DNA of 64,000 nt from Octopus sinensis (lineage: Eukaryota): NCBI RefSeq assembly GCF_006345805.1, contig NC_043022.1, positions 16,678,001-16,742,000 on the forward strand. Reading direction: 5' to 3'. The translations under genes were made by a program, and so were the position numbers. Shown piece after piece: positions 27,834 to 41,066 of this stretch. The notes under the pieces are model-generated. The model worked only from the letters and a program-made list of their open reading frames with translations, was not told the DNA's origin and searched no databases. Positions within the stretch are counted from its first letter, which is position 1; each line of letters starts with the position of its first letter.

Positions 27834-28194
27834 TTTAGATTATAGTCTTATTATATTGTGTATCTTGGGTTGGTTTGTTGAAGATAATTTTCCAAGCGTT
27901 GTGTTGTGGTGGGAACATTGGAATCTGCTACCAAAGCTCTTCACACATGTCTGAAGGAATCTCAGTGGTTCTTCAGAAGTAGGCATTGTATTATAAAGAA
28001 GTGCTGAAAACTATTCACCGATTTCTACACGGCAAGTGTCTTTGTTGCTTTGATATCATTATAGCATGGAGATGTGGAACACTTTATTTACACACACACA
28101 CTCACACACACACGCACACACGCACACACGCACACACACACACACACACTCACACATACATGCACACAGGTGTGTGTGAGTGCATATACATATA

Positions 28195-28360
28195 TTTTAT
28201 TAATATTTGACAGAAGCAACAGAGTGACTCAAGAGCTGAGAGTTTCGTGCATTAACACTTAACACCTGAAACTCTCACCCCTTGAGTCACTGTTGCTTCG
28301 GCTCAATATTAATAAAAGAACGTATTTATACTCTCAAGTCTTCAGTTGTATTTTTCCTTT
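28195..28360 (+). mobile_element. Fold-back Penelope-like fragment with 3' half of a hammerhead
   Basis: Imperfect inverted repeat 28195-28246 / 28268-28317. The arm begins GAAA ctc tcacccctt gag TC actg and contains AATAAA; flanked by CA/TA repeats. Confidence 0.55.
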
Positions 28361-28840
28361 ATATATATATATATATATACACATGCAAACACACACGCAT
28401 ATATTGATATTTATATATGATAATATAGTCTGTAATAGAATATCCAGTGTAACTCTGTATTACATGGTTCATTGAATAGCAAAACAGTCGTCTTGTAATA
28501 TACTTTGACCAGTAAAATCAGTATCTCCAAACCATACGAAGATTGATTCTTTACGGCATTTAAACACATTCATTCGACAATTCCAAACAGATCTTTTCGC
28601 CATTTACCATTTAAACCAGCCACATCAAGCTCAAATATTCTGCCTGCTTTACATTCAAACCCGTCAGATCCTACCTCTCACACCTACCCTACAATATCAT
28701 TCTAAAAGTAAACACTCACATCATCAAAATCTCATAGTTTTGTGATAATGCTGGATTAATTTCAAAACAACATTATGTGTTGCGGGGTAATCAAAAGGCT
28801 AAAGACTTACACAATGTATATAAGTATCCCTTTAGCATCT

Positions 28841-29096
28841 TGTGAAAGGTAAGAGAGTCCAGTTTGCTGGACTTTGTTGTAGAGCTGAAAAAGAGGTAAT
28901 TTCTACTCTTCTCCTCTGGAAGCCATCTACTCGCAATACCAGAGGGCCCACACTCTCCTACCCTGATGTAATCTCCAGGGATACAGGCATCCAGCAACAG
29001 GACCTCCGTAATGCCATGATGGACCGTGAAGTCTGGCGTAGCATGATAAATTCCATTGTCTCGACTACGGTCGAACAATGATGATGATGATGATGA
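28841..29096 (+). mobile_element. 5'-truncated RTE LINE with TSD, inserted in a piggyBac-like MITE end
   Basis: KGKRVQFAGLCCRAEKEVISTLLLWKP..LSYPDVISRDTG..LRNAMMDREVWR; (ATG)n tail; ttagcatct repeated at 28832-28840 and 29097-29105. Confidence 0.88.
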
Positions 29097-31675
29097 TTAG
29101 CATCTAAACCAGTCATATTCAAGGTCCAAATATTCTTGTTTTATGGTCAAACCATGTGAGAGACCATATCTGGCCTCTTGCACAAATCCCATAATCTCAT
29201 TCTAAAAATACCACACTCACATCATTGAAATCTGGAAGCTACAAGATAATGCAGGATTCATACAAAACAAAGTGGACAAACAAGGATAACAGTTGACAGA
29301 AAACTTATCTGAATGCTAAACGGTTACAGTTTTGTCCTCTGCCATTTCTCTTTGAGAACCAAACTATTTCTTTACATTTTTTTACAAAACCCAGCCTTCC
29401 GTTGATGCTTGGAAGTTTCTTTGAGAGACTAGATTCTGTTATATTTTCAGAATAAATATTGTCCAATTCCATTAGTATACAGCACCAGGCCTAAATGGCT
29501 AAATGTGTTCATAGTTTATATGTTAAACTAGCTATAATATGGCTAAAGGCAGTATAGTCGTCTAGTAGACAAATATAACACTAGAAGCTAAATAAATTTT
29601 GTTTGAAATAAGGTAAAAATTATCATAATGCTATATCTATTTACTTGTACATCACAACGGGTGATAATTCTATTATAATTTACTATTCATAACAGGTTTC
29701 ACTTGTAAAGTAGAGTTGGAACTTTTAGGTTTTTTCCATGAAGTGGATATAAACAAGGTGCAGGCGTGGCTGTGTGGTTAAGCAGCTTGCTTCACAACCA
29801 CAGAGTTCAGGGTTCCGTTCCACTGTGCAGCCTCTTGAGCAAGTGTCTTCTATTACTGCCTCGGCCTGACCAATGCCGTGTAAGTGGATTTAGCAAATGG
29901 AAACTTGATTGAATCCCTTGTCATATATGTCTGTGTGTCTCTTCTCAATTATCTTCACCTTAACTAAGTTATATTGTGTGTTGAACAATCTGACACGATA
30001 GCCATAAATTATTTAAAACAGCGGCATAACATCTGTTCAGATGACAGTATGATGTGTTTATGATGTCTAGATATGGTGTTTACATTGTTTAGTGTGTATA
30101 CATGGTTTAGATGACAGTCTACTGTATGTACAACATTTAAATATATGGTTCTCCTCTGTTTACAGTCATTATTTTTATGGCTTTTCATTCATATTTCAAC
30201 ATTTTTGGTGAGATTGTTGATTAGCTGAACAAGTGGCTAGAGTGATTATTGTCTTTACATTTAGATGTTGTTGTTGCCGTGTAGCCCCCAGTTAATCCCT
30301 GGTTAAGTAGTTCTGTGGTTTACAGGAAGTCATCCAAGTAACAAAGTCTGGCTCATAGAGATATCTTCCAAATCATTCCATGTCACTGGCGAACATGCTG
30401 CACAATCCAAAATGCTGTGGTGAATTGCATGTGACTCAATGTGATGGTCAGGACATTTTTATTTTTAGCTGTTGAATGTGGAGGGAAGAGTAGTGTCCTT
30501 GGCCCTTATGGACCCTCTTTGATCTATGAGGTTGGTTCCATTGATGATCCTTTTGTGCTGTTGTATGTCAATACCTATGGGAAAAACATGAACAGAAAGG
30601 GAGTTCCAGAGGGATGACATTCTGGGAAGGAAGGACTGGGCATGGTGTTAGACACAACAAGGATGATGAGAGAAGGGGAGACGGGTGAGATGAGAATGTC
30701 TGAGTAAAAGCACTGACAAGTCCAGCCAGAACCATGGGGCTGAGGCCTGTATAGCAGTCCGACATGGCCAACGGTAACTTCTTCATTTTGAAGTACATTT
30801 TCTAAATAAAATCAAAGCTTAAAAAGGTGTGTGGAAGGGGGCGTGCTTGTTATACAACTCAGCCATACATTTTATAGACACTGTATATCGATATACACTG
30901 CATATACATTGTGTGTGTGTGCAGGGGTATATTATATACACTGCATATATATATTGTGTGTGGGGGGGTTATGTATATATATATATATATATGATATATA
31001 CTGCATATACATTGTGTATATAGGAAAATATATTGATTGGACTGGCATAGCTGGAATGGCATTGTGTTATTTCCTTTCACAGAGAATCATTGGAACATAT
31101 GCAATATTTTAAGAAATAAAAAAAGCAATGTTGCTCTGTTAAAAATTATACAAAATAATGTGTTTGAAATAACAAATTTATACACAATTACAGTGATTCT
31201 CATTCAACAAATTCCCTTCCAACTGTATTCTGTATTTTCCATGTAACACTGAATAGTCTTCTGGTCTCTACATGTATACACACATACAGATACATTCACA
31301 TGACTATACATATATAAAGATGCTTTTATACATGTAATTTTTTTTATTCATTTTCATTCGTTTTTATGTCCATGTTCCCATTCCTACCTGCATTTGGCAG
31401 TTATACCATTGAAGCCTTGTTTTAAAGCCAGACGATCTTCCTCTCACTAACCCTTAATTGATTTTCAGTATGTTGACACTAAGCATGACAAATATACAAA
31501 TATATACAGAGAGAGAGAGATTTCGACATAATGTAAAGTGCTTCCCTGAAGAACTATTGTGAATATGCATCCAATAGCATTATGAACAGCTTGTTGCAAA
31601 TAGCAACAATGGTGAAACGTATGTAGGGAACTTGTGTTTATCATACTTTTCCAGATATATATATATATATATATA

Positions 31676-32057
31676 TGTGCCGGTGGCACATAAAAAGCAC
31701 CATCTGAACGTGGCCAATGCCAGCACCGCCTCGACAGGCTTCTGTGCCAGTAGCACATAAAAAGCACAATCCGAACGTGGCCGATGCCAGCGCCGCCTTG
31801 ACTGGCTTCTGTGCCGGTGGCATGTTAAAAGCACCAACCGATCGTGGCCGATGCCAGCCTTGCCTGGCACCTGTGCAGGTGGCACGTAAAAAGCACCCAC
31901 TACACTCACGGAGTGGTTGGCGTTAGGAAGGGCATCTAGCTGTAGAAACTGCCAGATCAGACTGGTGCCTGGTGCAGCCTCCTGGCTTCCCAGACCCCGG
32001 TCGAACCGTCCAACCATGGAAAGCGGACATTAAACGATGATGATGATGATGATGATA
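31676..32057 (+). mobile_element. Family D retroposon with about 4 internal tandem units
   Basis: Repeats of gtgccggtggcacrtaaaaagcacc..cgtggccgatgccagc, then the family D 3' end and (ATG)n. Confidence 0.82.
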
Positions 32058-32084
32058 TATGTATATATATATATGTATCTATAT

Positions 32085-32117
<33 letters not shown>

Positions 32118-32800
32118 AAATTATCAATATATCAGTATATTGAGTGTAATACCTCAATTTCGTAAATATATGCATATATATGTATATATATATATATAAT
32201 ATATATATATATATGTATGTATATATATTCATTCACATATGTATATTCATGTACAGATTTGTAGATTCACAAACACACATTCTGAAGCGTGTTTTCTCTC
32301 TCTCTCTTTTGCTCTCTGAACACTGGACCAATTCTTTCCATATTGACAGCCCCACCCCTCCACTCCTGACTCCCACCACAATTGTAAGCCAAGAAAGTAG
32401 ATCTCTTTCTTTCCAGAACAGTTTCCATTCTAATTCTGGTGTGTGGTTGTTAGTGGAAGTGTCTAGACATCTCACCATTCTCTAATTATCTGAATATCTG
32501 TGAAGAAATCATGGCTGACTTACAGCTGCTTCTTCCCCGTCTTGCACAGAATCGGTTGCATTTGTCATCCGTGCGTTTATCCTTGCAGTGGGTGACATTT
32601 TTGCAATTATTATGCAATTCATGCAGCAGTTGCAATTGCTTGCATTTACAAATATATTCTTCAAAATAGTAATTTCTAATTGGTTGCCGTCATTACAGAA
32701 ACAGACGCAAATTTGTGTGTGTATGTGTGTGTGTGTTTCTGGTATTATATACATATACGCATATGTATGTATGTATATATATACTAATATGAACATACTA

Positions 32801-33207
32801 GGCACAGGAGTGGCTGTGTGGTAAGTAGCTTGCTAACCAACCACATGGTTCCGGGTTCAGTCCCACTGCGTGGCATCTTGGGCAAGTGTCTTCTGCTATA
32901 GCCCCGGGCCGACCAATGCCTTGTGAGGGGATTTGGTAGACGGAAACTAAAAGAAGCCTGTCGTATATATGTATATATATATATGTATGTGTGTGTTTGT
33001 GTGTCTGTGTTTGTCCCCCTAGCATTGCTTGACAACTGATGCTGGTGTGTTTACGTCCCCGTCACTTAGCGGTTCGGTAAAGAGACCGATAGAATAAGTA
33101 CTGGGCTTACAAAAGAATAAGTCCCGGGGTCGAGTTGCTCGACTAAAGGCGGTGCTCCAGCATGGCCGCAGTCAAATGACTGAAACAAATAAAAGAGTAA
33201 AAGAGAG
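32801..33207 (+). mobile_element. Full-length tRNA-derived SINE, family A (CORE-like)
   Basis: A box tggctgtgtggtaag, B box ggttcagtccc, core cttgggcaagtgtcttct, internal TA/TG microsatellite, 3' end ccagcatggccgcagtcaaatgactgaaacaa and (taaaagag)n tail. Confidence 0.88.
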
Positions 33208-33949
33208 TTTACTTATTATATATGTAAATACACACATACACACATATTACCAGACTGGTTGTGTGTCTCAGTCTAAAGATAGATTCTGCTCTGCTATTCT
33301 AAAATCCAGATAAATTAGAAACGACTCCGTCCAAAGCCATGCAGATTGAGTCGGAGTATGATACAGCTAATGAGAGAAGGTAGGTGTAGATAATGAAGTT
33401 AGATCACAGGTGACAGGGGAAATTATGCAACAGAACTCAACCACTTTGGGGTGAGTTGAAGCTGACACTTGGAATCACTGAAGTGAGGGTATCAAATGTT
33501 GCTTTGTTGCTAATTTCTGCAGTTGTAATTAGTCACAATTACAATTAGAATCAGTGCAACAACAAAAGAGAAAATAAATTTTGTATTGTGAGGTTACTTG
33601 ACATATTCTGTGGTGTTGTGTGAGTTCCAGACACATTCATGCCTACAGCCCGGTTTCAATTCCCAGCTGGGTCGCTTTCAGCTATGCTACCATTACATGG
33701 ACAAAAATCAGATTCTATCTGTGAACTTGAGGTGTTCATCCATTCCAGCAACATATACATATTTTCTGTCTCGTTAGATTGTGGCCATGCTGGGGCACTG
33801 CCTTGAAGAATTTTAGTTGAATGAATTGACCTCCCCCACCCCAGCACTTAGTGTCTTTTCCCCTTTTTTTAATCCTGGCACTTATATATATTTATAGATG
33901 TTATACACATATATTATATATATACATATATATATATATTATATATACA

Positions 33950-33992
<43 letters not shown>

Positions 33993-34147
33993 TTATAGAT
34001 GTTATACACATATATTTATATTACATATATATATATATATATATTATATATATACATATATATATATTATATATACATATATATATATATTATATATATA
34101 TTTATAGATGTTATACACATATATTATATATATACATATATATATAT

Positions 34148-34854
34148 ATCATCATCATCATCATCATCATTTAGCGTCCGTTCTCCATGCTAGCATGGTT
34201 GGACGGTTCAACTGGGGTCTGTGAAGCTGGAAGGCTTCATCAGGCCCAGTCAGATCTGGCAGTGTTTCTACGGCTGGATGCCCTTCCTAACGCCAACCAC
34301 TCCGTGAGTGTAGTGGGTGCTTTTTACGTGCCACCTGCACAGGTGCCAGACAGAGCTGGCAAACGGCCACGAACGGATGGTGCTTTTACATGTCACCGGC
34401 ACGGGGCCAGGCGAGGCTGGCAACGGACACGAACGGATGGTGCTTTTACGTGCCACCGACACGGGGGCCAGACAGAGCTGGCAAACGGCCACGAAACGGA
34501 TGGTGCTTTTATATATTCTTTTACTTGTTGCAGTCATTTGACTGCAGCCATGCTGGAGCACCTCCTTTAGTCGAACAAATTCACCCCAAGATTTATTCTT
34601 TGTAAGCCTTGTATTTATTCTATTGGTTTCTTTTGCTGAACCACTAAGTTACAGGAACGTAAACACACACACACATATATATAAATATATATACAACGGG
34701 CTCCCTTTAGTTTCTGTCTACCAAATCCACTCACAAGGCTTCAGTTGGCCTGAGGCTATAGTAGAAGACAATTGCTCAAGGTGCCATGCAATGGGACTGA
34801 ACCTGGAACTATATGGTTGGTAAGCAAGCTACTTACCACACAGCCACTCCTGCA

Positions 34855-34857
<3 letters not shown>
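34148..34857 (-). mobile_element. Adjacent family D (34148-34510) and family A (34514-34857) copies
   Basis: Reverse complements of 7869-8412 and 32801-33207 respectively. Confidence 0.82.
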
Positions 34858-34896
<39 letters not shown>

Positions 34897-36111
34897 ATGC
34901 ATAATGCAAAAACAGCCTGTGGACTATGATGATCAATAAAATAGAAATAGAATTTTGAAGTTTATTCCTTCTGTGTAGTGTGACCCCAAATGGTCCACCA
35001 CCAGTGTCATACTGGTCTGTGGCCTCCTGGTTGGGGACCTTTGGGTATGGATGACTTCTGAGTAAATCCTTTGTGAATCCCTATTTAGCTCATTGACGTG
35101 TGTTGCCTATATAGATATAAGAACAACAGTACACAATACTTTCCCAGTTGTTTATCAGAGAACTGTGCCTCATAATTGGGGCAATTTCAGACCAGCTTCT
35201 GTTGCTCTTAACTTCATTATAGTATTTTGGTGTTTTGATTTGATGTTACCAGACACATTGTATTCTACGTACAGCTGAAACTCCTCTCTACAACAACAGC
35301 TGATGTTTCTAACCATATTTGGAAATATTTATTGATGGAGGGTCGGTGGGTAGTGAGGGGGGGGGGAGTAGGAAATTTCTTGTTTCACTAGTTTTGACAT
35401 CACTGGAATATGGTGGCTTCTCTGAAAACATTGAATGCCATAAAACCATTCGGGGGGGGGGGGTTATCTCTTTTTTTTTATTCTTCATACAATAATGAAT
35501 GCAGTCGTCTGTAAGTTTGACTGCTTCGAAATTTAGCTCTCCTGCTCCGTAATCTTCTTTACCTTACATAGATTCCAACACACACACACACACACACATG
35601 TGTATGTATGTATGTATGTGTGTGTAAATATGTGTGCGTGTGAAGTGTATTTGGGTGTTCCTATTATGAGCTTGAATTTCAGCAATAACACTGATATCAT
35701 TTATTATTCCTCTTTGTGCTGTTGTTGTTACGATGTCAGGAGATAAACCTTTGTGAAACGAAGACAATTGTTTATTTTAGGCAAACTCAGATCAGCTGAG
35801 GCTTGTTTCCACTGAGGCAACAAAAGAATCTACCCCACTTAGGTCTTTTGTCTCAATACACTCCACTGTATAAAACACCCGTTTTATTCCCCCACCCATC
35901 ATCACTTCAAGGGTTTGCAACAAAATCTCCCAGCAGTGAATCCATTTGTTCACAAAACCAGATTAAATTCAAACGATGTCATTAGTGCCATGTTTAATGC
36001 TTGTCTGCAGCAATTATCGTTATTTTTTACTTGTTTCAGTCATTGGACTGTGGGGTGGGGTGTAAGCCTGGTGCTTATTCTAGTGGTCTCTTTGCCAAAC
36101 CATTAAGTTCT

Positions 36112-36997
36112 CATCATCATCATCATCAACGTCCACTTTCCATGCTGGCATGGGTTGGACGATTTTGACAGAGGACTGGCGAACCAGATGGCTGCACTAG
36201 GCTCCAATCTTGATCTAGCAGAGTTTCTACAGCTGGATGCCCTTCCTAACGCCAACCACTCCGAGAGTGTAGTGGGTGCTTTTACATGCCAGTCAGGTGG
36301 TACTGGCAACGACCGTGCTTGAATCTTTTACACATGCCACTGGCACAGGTGCCAGTAAGGCGATGCTGGTAACAATTATGCTCGAATGGTGCCGTTTACG
36401 TGCCGCCATTCTGGGGATGTAAATAAACCAACATTGGTTGTCAGGTAGTGATGAAGGATGAAACATCTGAGCTGGTAAGAACAGATTTATGTCAAACAAG
36501 TGAGGACCAGCCAGACTGCTATCCAGGGGACCTCATCCGTAAATGTAGAGATACCACAATGAACATCGCATGTCAATGTCTGAGTTTTGTGGTAGCATGG
36601 GGAACCACACGGCAGAGACTCCTCCACCACCACCACCACCCATGCATCCCTGGAGACCACTGTTCGTATCCTCCCACAGTTCCTGACGTACACTGGTTAA
36701 CAATGTCCAACACTTTTAGCTGTGTTATTATTGCACGGACAAAATCAGATTCTATCTGTGTTCATCCAGTCGTAGCAGATATCAGTGTCACACAAATGGC
36801 ACCCATGCTGGTGGCACATAAAAGCACCCATTACACTCTCAGAATAGTTGGTGTTAGGAAGGGCATCCAACCGTAGAAAACCATCCCAATTCAGACTGGA
36901 GTCTGGTGCAGCCTTCCAGTATGCCAGCCCAGTCAAACTGTCCAACCCATGCCAGCATGGACAACAGACGTTAAATGATGATGATGATGATGATGAT
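36112..36997. mobile_element. Divergent pair of family D copies (- 36112-36410, + 36745-36997)
   Basis: (CAT)n tail at left and (ATG)n tail at right; both carry the gaagggcatccagc motif. Confidence 0.72.
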
Positions 36998-37382
36998 AAC
37001 AGGTGTTGTGTTGCTATTTCCCCCCAAATTCTGGTTTGTGTTCCTATTCAGTTAGTTTTCTTCCAATCATACAAGATTCAGGGTTGAATTGTTATGAGCG
37101 ATTAATCGTTTAACATAACACCAACCGTTTGACCATTTTGAGCCAGTGGTCATTTTAGTTTCAGTTTATTAAAAATATTTTCTTAACAGATATATTTAGA
37201 GAAAAGTCTTGCTTTGATTCTAAGCAGCAGCTTGTGAAATAATCTGATTTTAATTTGATAAAAGTTTACAATGACTGAGAGAACAGAGGTAGCTTAGGAG
37301 ATTAATGATTCATGACTGAGCTAATTTAGACAGTGTTGAGCATCTATGTCTTAGTTGAAATCAAATTAGATTATTATTGTTG

Positions 37383-37422
<40 letters not shown>

Positions 37423-38084
37423 GTTATTATTATTATTATTATTTGTTTTCGACTAATCTTTGTTTCTTTAGAGATTTGTCAATGAAAGGAAAAATAAGTA
37501 ATAAAAAAAAATCACTAAAACCAAAAAAAAAAAAAAAATTGGGGAAAAACTGATTAGATTTTCAGAAGGGAGCAATTAACGAATGCACTTCTAAGTGTGA
37601 TAATTAACCACGTTAATGCTGAGGTGAGATGTTGGTTTCTGAAATTAGTTGTTCACTAAAAAAACCATTACATTTCTCACTATTAAAATGTATTTTATTT
37701 GCTTGCCTTCTTTTTTGTGTCCTTCTATTATTGTTTGTTGTTGGTAGTTATTTTTCTTGAGATATTGTGAAGCTGGTCAACCTCACTCGTTACTAATAGC
37801 CTTTAGTATCCGGCTCTGTTTCTCTATTGTTATCCAATTGACAGATTAACTGTTTAGCATTCAGAGTGTTCCGTCAAACGTAATGCTTCTTCATTCACTG
37901 AACTAAATCAATCATGCTTTATCTCGTAGCTTTCAGAATTTGAGGATGTGATTGTTTATTTTTAGAATGACATTGTAAGGTGGGTGTAAGAAGGTGGATC
38001 TGGCCAGTTTGAACATAGAATAGGTGAAATATTTGGGTCTGATTTGGCCAGTTTAAAGGCTAAAAAGCAAAACAAAATAAGTAG

Positions 38085-38418
38085 AAGCATGGTTAAGAAG
38101 TTTAATTCAGGTTCAATCCCACTGCACAGCTCATTAAATGTTTTTTTATGCGATGTGTTGTGTGGGGACCAGCATATCAAAGATTAGACCCAGTGTTTAC
38201 TCTGCATGTCGTAAAAAGGTGACCAAAAAAGATTGAGGTAGGATTTGCTCTCTGACCACATAAAACCCTCTCCAGCAATGACTACCCAAGCAGACCCATG
38301 GGTTGGACAGTTGTCACCTGAAGGGTGAAAAGGTGTCGTCCACCAGGAGGGGTAAGGAATGAACAGCAAATGGTGAATGCAGCACATGTTGCCCTACTAC
38401 TACTACTACTACTACTAC
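38085..38418 (+). mobile_element. Old SINE with Meta/MESC-like domain and (CTA)n tail
   Basis: Degenerate B box ggttcaatccc; ctgcatgtcgtaaaaaggtgaccaaaa resembles the Meta-domain core tgtcgtaagaggcgactaaa (recalled, not aligned). Confidence 0.5.
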
Positions 38419-39116
38419 AGTAGTAAGAAACTCTCAAGACAGCTGAGCAGCAGAGGGTCTTCAGAAAAGAAACCCCATCCATCAGGCAAGTGTTTTGGCC
38501 CTTAACTTCTCACACTGTAAGAGGTGGGGGCAGGCCACACCCAGGTCATGGCTCCAGGGTGCCCTTCTGCTGGTACTTCTAAGCCTCTTGGACAGCAGAG
38601 ACTTGTACATGGGAGATGTCATTTAGATGGAACTTCCTTCTGTTGACTCAGCTTCGTTAATAAATTTGAAGAAGGGAAACTGAAAGAAGCATTTCCACTG
38701 TGTGTGTGTGTGTGTGTCTGTATCTCCTTGTCTGGACATCATGCAATAGTTGTTAACAGATGTTGACAACAGCTGCAACAACATCAACAACATAAAAACA
38801 GAAATAAATCCTTGAAGAATCCATCATGTTTAAATCTTACAGAATCTATGTTCGTTAGAGTCAGATTAGTTGGGAAAGACGAACAGGTGGACAGTCATAA
38901 TAAAACCATTGGTCAATTTGTTACAGACTTTCTCAATAAACGCATAAAATATCAAAATAAACCCAAAATGGACTCACGGATTATTACGCTTTCAATTTTT
39001 GTTTCTTTTTGATATTTTTTCTTGTATCTACTAAAGATGTAATTGGAAACTTAGACCAGTGTTTTTTAATGTTTTTAGGTTGTTTGATGTTTGTTTTGGT
39101 CATCAGTTTTTGCTAC

Positions 39117-39170
<54 letters not shown>

Positions 39171-39308
39171 TTATTTTTCTGGAAAGTTAAAAGAGAATTA
39201 ATCTGAAAATAGCTTTACAGCCATATAACACATCAACAAGCAATGTTTCATGATCACTACCTATGACTGTCTGCATGTGTGTGTGTGTGTGTGTGTGTCT
39301 GTATGTGT

Positions 39309-39360
<52 letters not shown>

Positions 39361-39496
39361 TATTTTTCTATTAAAACTGAGGTTTTTGATATTCATATCA
39401 TTTAGCTGTTGTTTACGACATGTTAAGTAATAGGTTAAAATTATTCCAGCAGAAACTGATGTACTCAGGAAATTATTACCAAGGGAAAAAACCTGT

Positions 39497-39559
<63 letters not shown>

Positions 39560-39894
39560 TGTTTGTTTGTCTGTTTGCTAAAGCTAACTTTGCTTACCTT
39601 TGCTCTTAAAAGAGATTGAGGATTCACCTGTAATGTTTATTAAGGCAGCCCAGCAGGTAGACTCATTGGTGAAGCAGACAAAATGCCTTCCCATATTTTA
39701 TGTTCTAAATTCAAATCCCGCCAAGGTCAACTTTGTATTTCATCCTATCAGGATCAATAAAATAAAGTACCAGCTGAGTACTGGGGGATTGATGTAACTG
39801 AATTACCCCCTCCTCTCACAATTGCTGGCTTTGTGTCTATAGAAGAAGGAATGATTATAGTTGTTGTTGCTCTGTCTATGGATCCCTAGCTATG

Positions 39895-40062
39895 AGATCC
39901 CTAGCTATGAGAGCATTTCACAGCTTTAAGTATCCAGCAACTTTTCTAAAGTCCCTGCTGTCCAAGCTTTCTCAAATACTCAACGTCCTCCAGCCATCCA
40001 AACTTCTCACAACTCTTCCTAAGATTCCTATTGCAATTGGGATAGTGATCGTTTCTATGGCA
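39895..40062 (-). mobile_element. LINE C-terminal fragment of RLE (R2/R4/Dong-like) type
   Basis: Minus-strand IETITIPIAIGILGRVVRSLDGWRTLSI resembles the IPIVIGALG motif after the restriction-like endonuclease. Confidence 0.5.
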
Positions 40063-40164
40063 ATTCTTCCCCCCCCCCCACCATGAACCAAGCACATGAT
40101 GCAGCCAAGACACCAAACATCCAATGAATCAGTGGAAAACTTGAGAGAATCTTCTCTTGGGGAC

Positions 40165-40512
40165 ATGCAATGGGTGTGTGGTAAGAAGCTTGCTTTCAGA
40201 AATATGGTTCCAGGTTCAGTTCCACCCTGTTACACCTTGGGCAAGTGTTTTCTTCAATAGCTTCAGGCTGACCAAAGTCCTGTGAGTAGAAGCCTGTCTT
40301 GTGTGTGTGTGTGTGTATGTTCCACCACTGCTTGACAACCAGTGTTGGTGTGTTTATGTCCCCGTAGTGGTTTGGCAAACAAGACCAAAAGCATAAGTCT
40401 CAGGCTTTAAAAAAAGTAAGTAGTGGGATCAATTCATCCAACTAAAAATTCATCGAGGTGCTGCCCCAGCATGGCCACAGTCTTATGACTGAAACAAGTA
40501 AAAGATAAGAGA
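40165..40512 (+). mobile_element. Family A SINE, near full length
   Basis: Colinear with 32801-33207. Confidence 0.8.
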
Positions 40513-40748
40513 TATCAGCAAACACTCACTGCACCACACCTCCACTAAATGATGAATGGCACTCAACTCCAAACTTTGAGACTCACAGGGTAACTCATGA
40601 TGAAAGGATATCATTAAGGGAACCAGGACCAAACCCCAATGACTGGCCCTTCTCTTCAGTGTCGGAAAATATTTCAGCCCTCAACAGCTTCTGACACTCT
40701 TTAAGACTCAGTTATGGCCCACAATGCAGTACTGCTCCCACACCTGCT

Positions 40749-40783
<35 letters not shown>

Positions 40784-40829
40784 ATGGATTGCATCCAAAA
40801 AGGAGTTACTTGTCTGATAAAGATAAAAG

Positions 40830-41066
40830 AGAAAAAAGATCCTTCCTGAGTCATATAGGTTCATATGGTCAGTTTCCCAGTTTCTGTGGAATTTATATTC
40901 ACCCTGGATGGGACACCAGTCCATCACAGAATTTGCTAGCTTAGTGGACTGAAGTAAAGTGTTTTGCTCAAGAATACAACACATTGCATGGTCCAGGAAT
41001 TGAAACCACAATCTTACCTACGATCATGAGCCCAGCACCTTAACCACTGAGCCATGTGCCTCCATG
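40830..41066 (-). mobile_element. tRNA-derived SINE with V-domain-like body
   Basis: Minus strand has a family-B-like head tggctcagtggttaagg..ggtttcaattcc, then ctgtgatggactggtgtcccatccagggtg, similar to the V-SINE core. Confidence 0.55.

Noticed and set aside
31676-31900. Regular ~60-nt repeats that could be mistaken for a CRISPR array
   Set aside because: The intervening sequences are homologous to each other, there are no cas genes, the context is eukaryotic, and the units are internal to family D.
33885-34147. Triplicated tttatagatgttatacacat unit within TA repeats
   Set aside because: Most simply slippage or assembly expansion of low-complexity DNA; no sign of function.
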